Below, piece after piece: positions 12,695 through 22,906 of a DNA stretch of 49,053 bases. How positions within the stretch are numbered: position 1 is the stretch's first letter; each line of letters begins with the position of its first letter. Origin of the DNA: Craspedostauros australis (Eukaryota); NCBI GenBank assembly GCA_030167865.1, contig JALAGF010003320.1, forward strand, positions 1 to 49,053. The letters run 5' to 3'. Below the pieces are notes generated by a model. It saw only the letters and a program-made list of their open reading frames with translations. It searched no databases and was not told the DNA's origin. The position numbers and the translations under genes were made by a program.

Positions 12695-13276
12695 ATGCAA
12701 ACGATCCGCGTCAAGACGATAACCCGCAACATCGCACGACCGCTGTGGCTGCGGTTCTTCGCTTCACCGCCAACCATCAAAGGACCATCCCAACAACTCA
12801 AATCATGGGAATCCGGCGCCCGAGCCGTCAAGAACACGCAAGTCGAGAACCAATACCTCGAACACATCCGCGAGGTGCACGATCCATCGTCGCATCTCAA
12901 GACCATCGAGGATGAATTGAAGGGTACGATCGGCCAGGCGTTGGGCAAGCAAGGGCAGAAGGTTCTGGGTGGGTTGCAGCGCATGGAGGCGCAGCGGCAG
13001 GTCTATTTGGAAACGGGCGATGCGGCGGCGGCGCAGCAGTACAACGAAGAACGCGAGCGGACCTTGAAGTATCGGTGGGAGCTCATCGTGCATCGGCAGG
13101 CCGTGGGCTTTACGGTCGGCAATCATAGTTACGTTCTGGAGAAGTTTCCGATTCCGGAGAAGTTGGCGGTCGGGGATGAGGATGTTGCGGAGCAGGAGCA
13201 GGAACAGCCCAAAGAGAAGAAGAAGAAGTTCGGGGATCAGCTGGATTGGTGGCAACGTGTGGGCCGATGGCGATGA
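12695..13276 (+). CDS. Conserved helical hypothetical protein, probably mitochondrial, DUF6665-like
   Basis: ATG 12695 with an Arg-rich, acid-free N-terminus (MQTIRVKTITRNIARPLWLRFFAS). Core IEDELKGTIGQALGKQG...WELIVHRQAVGF...FPIP. Confidence 0.75.
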   Translation: MQTIRVKTITRNIARPLWLRFFASPPTIKGPSQQLKSWESGARAVKNTQVENQYLEHIREVHDPSSHLKTIEDELKGTIGQALGKQGQKVLGGLQRMEAQRQVYLETGDAAAAQQYNEERERTLKYRWELIVHRQAVGFTVGNHSYVLEKFPIPEKLAVGDEDVAEQEQEQPKEKKKKFGDQLDWWQRVGRWR

Positions 13277-14823
13277 GGTGGTTGCTGAAGTCGGCAGTTT
13301 TGTGTCGTTGTGTCATTGGTGTGCGGCACGACTTTTGTGGCCGACACTGCAATGTCACATAGTACTCTGAAGGCATGGCCGAACTTCGGATCGCTGCACA
13401 GCATTTCATCATCTCGCGCTGATCATGATACAGCACACCAAGTTGATCATGCAATACCAAACACTATTCCTCGTGAGATTTAGGCGGAGAATTCCATGCA
13501 ATCACTCGGCCAATGAGTTTCTTCTCCATGGCAAGCATTTACGACAGGTCGCTGCCTCTCTCCTGCACAGTCGGAGAATGCATCGTCTCGCATGGTCTCA
13601 TCATTGCACCATCATCGCGCCACGAAGGAGAGACGCATTTTGGCGCCAATTTTGCACCAAGTATCCACGATTCAAGGACACACAGGCCACGCCGTGCACG
13701 CCAAATGGAGAAGGGCTCTCTTTTTTGTTTGTTGTGATCAATCAAAGCAATCCAGCGACAACGAAGGAGTTCGGTAAGCATGGTATAATTGCAATCGTAC
13801 GCAATAGAGTATGGGAGGATAGATGCATCCTGCGTGATGGCGATTCCCTGCGTGCAGTATCCAAAGCTTCGTTGAGCGAAGAGACATCGTGCTGTTCAAC
13901 TGCGACCAAGAAATTGGTGCTCTGCGACCGATCCTCCTTCTTGTTTCCATCTATCGTCGTGCAGTTCAAGATCAATCGAGAACGCCATCACACCTTGTGG
14001 ACAGACAAAGGTGGAATCATCAAGGCTCTCCATCATTGCGTAGGCAGGTTCTCTGCTTCCAGCATCGATTGTGTTGGAAAATGGCATTTGCCGATTCTTC
14101 CTTTGCGCTCAATCATCGTTTCCGTTTACGGTTCACCCACCATGCCCGTACCAACGCCATTGTCCAATGACTGTCTATTCACACCTATCATACTTGTACC
14201 ATACAAACCTGCCGTCTTTGCTGCATCCAGCAACACCCCATCGTCACTCGTACGGAGCTCGCGACTTTCGTTGCCCCAATCATCGGCTGGACAAAAAAGT
14301 GAGGAGAACTTTGGCAGCTGCGCGAAGATGACGAAAAAACCCGAACACCGGAGGCGAGTTCAAGGTTCGGGTTCTGTTTCTCTTGTTTTCGTCTGCGTAC
14401 TTTTGGGACGATCGCATGACCATCAACGAGAAGGCCGCCCGCAACAGCGATCAGTGTTCTTGTTGTGCCTCCGCCATCTCCGCTACGCGAGTTATCTGCG
14501 CCACAGCGACCATCATACCGATACCAATACCAATACGATAGCCAGCGCTGCTCCAAGACAACGACGGGAGGAATGGAGACAGAGTGGACAACAAGGTCAT
14601 CGCACGATGAAATGATGAACCTTGCCCAATCCCTCCGTCCCTGTCTCTCCCGCTCTCTGCATCCAACAGCACCCCATCATCAGCTCATAAAATCTCCCCC
14701 ACTGACATCAAAGAAAACAATCTTCACAAGCCCGACAGAGCTCATACGCGCTCAACGACACAGCACGACACAGTACCATTACATCACATATTGTAGAACA
14801 CAACAGCAAAGAAATTCAGTACC

Positions 14824-16774
14824 ATGATGGTTACGATGCGGTACATCACGCTTGCTACCCTTGCATTGCTATGCTCAGCTGAAGATGGCAATAGCAATAG
14901 CAACATCGACAGCAACGACGGAGAAGCGACGCCGCAGGGATCTTCGCTGTCGACCTACGGCGTCGATGTCTCCTTCCCCATCCACCAGCCAGTGTCCACC
15001 AACTACGACTACTTGCCACACAACGTCGATCCCAGCATCCCGACTCCGACAAAGTACCAAAACCAGCCCATCCAGCCGCTGGGCGACCGGCACAACATGT
15101 ACGTCAACCATCTTAATGGATGTCGTGAGCATTACCTCAACGACAACGCCGGCAACGGTTTCACTTGCGATCAATTCGAGATGGATCGATTGCTCATGAA
15201 TCGACGGCAGCCACAATCCATGGTCAATCTGACCGAAATCGGGTTTCACAAGGTCCGGGCACCAGATCATCTCACGGAGCTCATCACCAACTTTTGGGAG
15301 GCCAACAAGCACTCGCAACAGAAAGAGAACTGGGGTCATGGCAACGTGTATGCCAACACTTGGGATAATCCTACGGTACGTTCGCAAGTTGTACGAGTAT
15401 GCTCTGCTGCACTATGTATGCATGCATATCTCCGGTGGTTGCGCTTTGTACTGTACATGAATGCATACATGTATGTGTGCATGCTCAAGCAATCCAGCAT
15501 TGACTACAACCACTTGCGGGCAGTGAATACGCCCAACTCAAGCACCTCGTACTCACACTTCCATAATCCACCCTCTTTCGATCGCAGACCCTCGTTAACG
15601 TCGATGACCGTCGACTGCGCGGCGCCGGCATGTCGCTGAAGGAACACATCTGGGCCGCCGCAAGTGCCACACTGGAAGAATGGACAGAGACGGAGCTGCA
15701 ACCGTGCAGCATGTACGGAATCCGAGTAAGTTGCATTCGTCCAATGTGCCACCTGCAAATGAATGTTTGCGCGCTGCCGAAGATGCGTGCAGTGCGACAA
15801 CACATTTGAATACCATTGCCCAGCCCAACCAATCCAAACCTCACGCGCCAACGCTGTTGCTTCTTCGATTATCTTCCTTCGTTTCTCTGTTTCGCCCCGG
15901 GCTTGACCAACGACAGGTCTACCACGAAGGTAACATCATGCTGCCCCACGTCGACCGTCTGCCTTTGGTGGCATCGGCCATCATAGGTGTGGCAGAGGAT
16001 CTCGACGAGGACTATCCGTTCGAAATGTATGACCATCAAGGCTGGGCGCACAACGTGACTGTCAAGCCAGGCGACATGCTGCTGTTCGAAAGCCACTCTG
16101 TCATCCACGGGCATCCTTTCCCATTGAAGGGGCGCTACGCAGCCTACATCTTCCTCCACTTCGAACCCACTGGCAACACCTTCAACAAGGACGAAAGCGG
16201 ACACTTCCACCTCTTGCGTGGATCTGAAGGTGGCAAGAAGGATTCCAAACCATCTTCAAAGAGCAGCGGCGAAAAAAACGCGGCGGACTTCAAGAACATG
16301 TTCAACAAGTATCATGAAGCCACAAAGAAGGGTCACGCCGGTCCATCTGCGGCAACATCCGCGGGGCTGCCCCCGTACATCCAACGACAGAGTCCGGAGG
16401 AACAGCACTGGAGGCAACGCCACCCCACAGGTTGGAAGCCACCCACCGAGATCCTGCCACCAGATGCCCACATCGCAGCGAAGCAGGGTCATCTCGTGGA
16501 ACTCGAGCAGGCGCTGAGAGACCGCGAAGGATCTCCCGATCTCCTGACGGCACGCGACCAGAATGGTTGGCAGGTGCTGCATTACTCGGTCGTCGGTGGC
16601 AACCCAGATGCCGTCAAACTTCTCGTTACGAACGGCGCCGAGATCAACTCACGCACGCACGGAGGATACGGCGAGACACCCCTGCGCATTGCCGAGCGCA
16701 TGTTCCAGGCCACGCATCCCATCGTCGAGTATCTGAGAAAATCCGGAGGCCTCTCCATCGCTGCCGAGTTGTAG
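14824..16774 (+). CDS. ER-lumen 2OG-Fe(II) oxygenase (prolyl-hydroxylase-like) with C-terminal ankyrin repeats; exons 14824-15375, 15588-15725 and 15917-16774
   Basis: Signal peptide, YGIR|VY, HVD (HxD), distal IHGHP, ankyrin repeats (DQNGWQVLH, GETPLRIA) and C-terminal AAEL. Introns 15376-15587 (GTACGT...GCAG) and 15726-15916 (GTAAGT...ACAG) keep the frame. Confidence 0.9.
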
Positions 16775-17607
16775 GGGAAACGCGATCCGCGTTGAACGAC
16801 TGTACAAGTGCATGTACCCATACCATACATAGAAAATAAATTCATTTGCGAGTACTCTACTCCCAGCCTGCTCCACCCGACTCTCTACTCTACTCTGGTC
16901 GAAGTACGATCCACGAGCGTCACACAATCCTTCTGCGAGCTTGGTTGAACTCCCAGTCACGTTTTGTGACCTGTTCGTGACTTGATTCTTCTTCCGAATT
17001 CTCGTCTGGCAGGCGTCCGAGATTCAATCACACAAATCTGAAACGTGTCGAAATTGCGCGCAATCTTCCACGTCGACAATTGGTGACTTGGAGACACTCA
17101 CATTTTCTGCTCGTTTCCTTTCATCGTTGATGTTGTTGTTTCGGGTTTTGCTTGTGCGACACCGTTGATTGTTGAGCTCCGAGCACCAAGGAGGTTGAGG
17201 ATGCTGGAGAAGCTATTGGTCCTGTCCGCCATCATTGTTGAGAGTGTCAGTGGCCGATCCCATTTCCAAGTTCCACAGTAAATGCAAAGAGATACGAGTA
17301 CAAAGAAAGAAACGTCGACATCATCATCCATTCTTCAATGACGATAACCAACGTGTTCATCAAATTGCAACGTATCAACATCCGAGCCACACATACACTC
17401 AAGCATCAAACCACACACTGATAATAGCGACACCGACAGCGATCACCGATCATTAACAGTGTCATTTTCCTCACCGTAATCATCATCATCATCATTGGCA
17501 TCGTCATCGATATCCTCGTCAATCATATCATAAAACCAAGACAGACATCCATCGCACACGTGTACACTCACCACAAGCAAATAGAGTGCATTCATCGAAG
17601 AAAAATC

Positions 17608-18729
17608 ATGCCATCCACCATCTGCCACCAACTTCGACCGGCGCATGTGCTTTCGAAGCTTCTGCCACTACTTCTGCTATTGGTCGTATCTCATGCGATG
17701 CAACCACAAACGGATGATGTTGGCATCATCGATGATTCCATCACATGCTTTCACGATGTCACGACGGAAACATCCACGGAAGACATGGATGATCCACCAG
17801 AAGAGGCAGTGTGTGAAATAATGGATGCCAGTGTGTACACAGTCGAGGACTACGACTCCTTCTACAAACTCTCCGTCGATGTTTCCGTCATCGATCCCCG
17901 CAAACTGCACGTCGATCTGAGCTTCGACGACTCCAGCTACGGCAGACTCTCCATCATGGGGCATCGAAAGCAGGATCAAACTACTGCCAAGTCATCGAAG
18001 TCGTCATCCTCGCCTGCGCCTGCTCCAGCACCACAGCCATCGCAGTCATCGTCGTCGTCATCATCGTCACCATCATCATCACCGTCATCATCAGTAGGAC
18101 AGCAACAGTCAAACCATGATGCCAACTGCATCTACAGAGTATGGCAAATAGAAACGGATAAATCGCAGGACAATTACGTTGACATCCTGGATGTGACAAT
18201 GGGAATGTCCGCTGGCATCCTCAGCATCACGGCACCAAAGCCACGCAACATGACTGTATCGCACAGCCCCACATCCATAAGCGACGACGACGATGTCCCG
18301 CGGCCCCAAATTGTAGAGCCCGCCACACAGCTGCCGCAGCAGCAACAGCAGCAGCACGACTCCATGGACGAACGACGAGAAGGTAAGAAATACTACCTTC
18401 GTCCCATTGTCACGTATTGGAATGTCACCGCACAAACGGAAGCAGCATCCGTGTCATCGATGCACGACGACAGTAGCATCGGCAAATCGGTTGCATGGAA
18501 CAGCACGCTTCACAGTGATGCAGATAGCATCGTCGACGACACGAACAAAGGCAAGGACAATGCATCAACATCAACGCCGTTCCACTCAAAGCTGCTGGTG
18601 TCTGAAATTCTTTACTTTATTTCCAAAGCAAGATCTGTAACAACAGCAACCGATGATTACGTGCATCGGCTTCCGCAAGATTTGTATGGGCACTACGTGA
18701 ACGAAGAGGAGGCTCTCGTGATGATATGA
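17608..18729 (+). CDS. Signal-peptide protein with a divergent alpha-crystallin/HSP20-like domain
   Basis: Hydrophobic LLPLLLLLVVSHA signal, followed by ACD-like strands YKLSVDV...LHVDL...RLSIMGHRK and GILSITAPK. Ser-rich insert and low-complexity tail. Confidence 0.62.
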   Translation: MPSTICHQLRPAHVLSKLLPLLLLLVVSHAMQPQTDDVGIIDDSITCFHDVTTETSTEDMDDPPEEAVCEIMDASVYTVEDYDSFYKLSVDVSVIDPRKLHVDLSFDDSSYGRLSIMGHRKQDQTTAKSSKSSSSPAPAPAPQPSQSSSSSSSSPSSSPSSSVGQQQSNHDANCIYRVWQIETDKSQDNYVDILDVTMGMSAGILSITAPKPRNMTVSHSPTSISDDDDVPRPQIVEPATQLPQQQQQQHDSMDERREGKKYYLRPIVTYWNVTAQTEAASVSSMHDDSSIGKSVAWNSTLHSDADSIVDDTNKGKDNASTSTPFHSKLLVSEILYFISKARSVTTATDDYVHRLPQDLYGHYVNEEEALVMI

Positions 18730-18764
18730 ACGCCATGATAAGCACGCGCAGGAGCCGCACCGTA

Positions 18765-21740
18765 CTACGTCGCCGACGCAGAGGCGGACTCGGAGCCGCC
18801 ATCGTCATCATCATGGGTTGAGCTCCATTCCGCGGTCGCTCGGGACGGTGAATTCGAATCATCGGAAGCGTCATCGGCCTCTTCGTGCCTCGGCTTCCGG
18901 GTGCCGTTGCTTTCGTAGACCTCGCTGAATTCAGAAAGAAATGGGGGAAGAGGCGGCAATGCAAATCAACACAATGTAAAATAGATGCAAATCGAATCGA
19001 TATAAGTACAGTTCGGGCAATCGATTGGACTCAGTTCAATTCAATTCAATGCAATCCGGTTCGATTCAGTCCAGTCTTATCCAGTTCATTCAGTCACATA
19101 CACACACACATGAGTAAACGCGTATCCAGACATATAGTACCTGCGCAGATACAAAGTCCCGCTGCAACAACCACTCGCGTCCACGTACCACCGTGCCGAA
19201 TTTCCAAGCCGCCCCACACACGTTGTGTTGCGCTGGCCGCTGTACCTCAAGCACCGCAAGCACGTTGATTCGAATTGCACGACTCCCTCCCGCGTCATCA
19301 AAATATCATAGAGATGAAGCGGCTGGATCTTGACTGCGAGCGTTGGAGCGTGGTACTTGTTCACAATCTCTGCCTCGAGCGCCTTGACATGACGTGCGAT
19401 CTCCGATGGTTCCTCCCTGATGTAATGCGACACTATTTCAATCAGCAATCCTGTGACGGGGCATCCGGGTCGCATGGCGTGGTTGCGGGCGTCGCTCGAT
19501 TTGTGAAGGACGTAGATTTTGTCGTTGTCTTTTGGGGTGGCTGCGACGTCCGGAACAATCCTGTCGCCGCCACTATCATCATCGTCGTCATTTCTTGTTT
19601 CCGGATGCTCTTCTTCGAATAAGAGACGCATGAATTCGGACGTGGGAGTGCTGTCGCGAATATCGGACATGATGACGCGCTCTTGAAAGTCCAGGTAGGA
19701 TTGCAAGGTAGGCCCATTCTTTGTGATGCGATCAAAGTCGCGGTCATTCCATGGCACCGTAGTCTGGTGGTTTGCTTGGAGAGCATCGACCGTGGTTGCG
19801 GAAGGTTGATCGGAGTTGGAGGAATCCTGAGAGTTCTGATGCAGAGCGAACTCTTGCGATAGCAGCCGCTGTTGTTGCTGCTGCTCTCGTCTCCTCCTCT
19901 GCCGTTTTTCTCGGTCCGATCGACTTTCGTAGATGTTGCCGTACCCTACCATCTTGCACGCAACGACGACCACGCCTCCGAGGTGCGACTTGGACCACAT
20001 TGTGTCCTGCCGAGCAGCATCCAACGCTTTGGGAAGTTCCTTCGGAATGTCATCCGCATGGACAATGACGCCATCGAGGAGATCCGTTTTGTAAATATTG
20101 ATGTCCATCAGGCTGAGTGTGTAGCACAGCACGTGGACGCTGAACCCGCAAAGAGTAATCAAACGCGATGTGATGATGGGCATCAGCTCCATCGTGTACA
20201 GATGCGGCTGCGTCGCAACTCGAGCATTACTTTCCCTCTTCCTTTTCTTGTTCGTGCTTGGCTTCGTTGCGGTCTTGCGTCGTTTGCGCGGTTTGGATGT
20301 GGTCCCTGGTTGGGTGTTCTCGCTCTCGTCATCGCCATCTCCACCATTGTTGGTAGTAGCAGCAGCAGCTTTCGCACCCGCATCATCTTCTGCACTGTTC
20401 CTACTCTCAGCCGTACGACTCTCACTGCGCGCACTCGTATTGCCATCTTCCTCCTTCGTCTCCATTCGAAACCCGCACGCAACCTGCAACCCAAGCGCCG
20501 CTCGGTTGATAGACTTGACGTTGAGCGTCTTGGTGGTGGATCGAAAGAAGGCCTTGACATGATGCAGCTTCTTGCGTTGCTCTTCTGGCAGCATGGGAAA
20601 GGCGTTCGACAATGGCAGCGCTCCATTCTCAATCCAATGCACGAGCAGAAAATCGGTGAGACCGATGGGAGCCGCGGCCACCAGCAGCATGGCAGCTATC
20701 ATCGTCATGCTGGGTTGCGTCAGCAATGCCGCCTCCATCTTGCCAACGGGCGCACCCCTCACGAAGTGCCTCCGCAGCATGCGCAGGATGTCGGCCCGTC
20801 TCGATGCATTGCGGCCACGTTTGGGGTGGATCGCAACGCCACCCGCTGTTGCTTTGCGCTTGCGGCCGCGCTTGGCTGTTGCGTTGGATGCGATCATATC
20901 TCCATCATTAGCATCACCATTCGTGTGATCCGCCTCTTCATCTTCCTCTGCAGCAGCATCGTCGTCGCCATCGCTGCCAGCATGCTCATCGACACCCACG
21001 GACACTTCCGAAATCGGCGGCAACCGTTCCTGGGCGGACGCAGCCGCACTTCCATTCTTGGCGCTGTCCTTGACGCTGTCCTTGACCTCCTGCTTCAACT
21101 GTGTCTGCGCCTTGTAACTGAGATTGGCCAAGATCCGGGTGATGACCACGGGCGGCAGAAAGGCATCGCGCAACGAAAAGCGCATGGGCGGATGCAGCTT
21201 GCCGTACGTTTCGGCCGCATCGGCGTACGATCGCAGATAGCACGTCAGCATATCCTGCACCGTGGCCTGCACCGACGCGTCACATCCCAGCAGCTCGCAC
21301 ACGGCGACGCAGCACTGCCTTAGCACGATCTGGAAACCCAACAAGCACGCCTGCAGGCTCGGCAACGCGACGCTGCGATCGAAGTTCTGCAGCGGCTGCT
21401 TGGCCTTGCCCGACTTGCCGGCCCCTTGCTGCCGCACGCCGATCCATCGTCCGCTGCGTCCGCGCGCGGCCAGCTCCATGGTATCCTCGTAGTCTAACTC
21501 CTGCTGCGTCACGGTCTGCGATTGCGTGAAGCAGGCAGCGCAGCACAGATTGCCGTGCTCGTCGACGTACGAGATCGCGGCGTTGCAGTTGTGGCAGCGG
21601 AAGCGCTGCTGCTGCGGGTCGTCCGTCAGGCTCGTGCTCGTCTGCTGCGATGCGAAGCTCAGGCCGCCGCCGTTGCTGCTGCTGCTGCCGAAGGCGTCGT
21701 TGCCAACATCGTCATCGTCATTGTCGAAGTAGAACGACAT
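18765..21740 (-). CDS. Rrn7/TAF1B-like RNA polymerase I initiation factor; exons 21740-19141 and 18924-18765
   Basis: N-terminal zinc ribbon CHNC-x12-CCAACFTQSQ, helical LLGFQIVLRQC segment, LLVHWIENGALP and basic NLS-like patches. A GTACTA...TCAG intron (18925-19140) joins the long ORF in frame to the 18765-18959 ORF. Confidence 0.7.
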
Positions 21741-22388
21741 CCTTCCGAAGTGGGGTTTGCATGCACGTAAGTTGTGCGAGTATTGTGCGTATGTTCACGC
21801 GCAGAACGAATGAGCCTCCGTTTGTGGTGGTTGATGTGTGGTTCGTTGGAAATGGGAGGTGCGGGCATATACTTATTTACTCTATTTATAGTACATCGCA
21901 AGCGCAACAACCAGAGTAATGATACCCGCAGCAACATAGCCAATTGTAACCAATTGTAACCAATTGTCGCCAAAAACCTTGGTTGTGGCTGGCTCTTCGA
22001 GGCACAAGTGTTGTCGCTTGCTGGCTGGATGCAGTCTCCATTCTCTGCAAGCAGTACGAAGAAAGCCATTTCGAGGTCAGTTGGGGCCTTGGTGGCAAAG
22101 TGCATCAAAATTGTTGTCACCGCGTTCGGAGTTTGGGCTTATGTCCTGTTTAGTCAGTCATGTGTATGTCAGTGACGATTTCGTGTCAAGGAAAAGAAGC
22201 ATCTCGCGCTATTCACATTGCACAGTCTTGATAAAACAAAGGCGAAGAAGCGCCCAGGCAAGCAATGTTCTTCTTCTTGGCATCTCCAAGATACATAGAC
22301 AGTGACATCAGAGGCAGCGCAACAATGTCAATGAAAGCGTGGATCCATATGACACAAAGGACTAAATAGCTCCGCCAAGTGGCCCATG

Positions 22389-22454
22389 TGCGGCTTGCGT
22401 CAAAAGACCTTCCATTGTTGCGGCTTGCGTCAAAAGACCTTCCATTGTTGCGGC
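22389..22454 (+). repeat. Perfect 30-bp tandem duplication (TGCGGCTTGCGTCAAAAGACCTTCCATTGT x2.2)
   Basis: Copies read directly at 22389-22418 and 22419-22448, plus a partial third. Confidence 0.95.
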
Positions 22455-22906
22455 AGCACAAACACAATGTTCTTCGAACAGCTGCGAATGCGAAGGGCCA
22501 TATCTCTTGCAGTCATTGTGAAGGAAACGGACTAGTTTGGAATTCGCACGCCACTTTCGTGAACATTGATCTTGACCTCTGTGGCCCATTATGACTCTTG
22601 GTTCTCAAAATCGGTGTCATCCATGTCGCTCACACGAAGATCAGTCGTCCCTCGAAATTTGTGAGAAAGCGCTGTCTTTCAACATCACACATCACTCGCG
22701 CGACACTGGACAATAACATCGCCGCCAACACCACCATTTTTCCAATAGCATGGAAAGGTGACCATAAACATTGAGCTCTTGCCGCATCATCCAGCCTTGC
22801 CCCATGGAGAGACTGATGCTTTCTTCGACTCCACTCCACAGCACCCGCGAGCACATACTACCACACCTCCGAAACGCAACCAACCCCCACATCACCAACC
22901 ACGCAA

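Noticed and set aside
19872-21323. 483-aa plus-strand ORF, and similar long ORFs at 4942-6270, 8357-9148, 9894-10703, 36172-37119, 38201-39082, 40307-41128 and 45438-46298
   Set aside because: These are antisense shadows of GC-rich real genes and show no motifs of their own.
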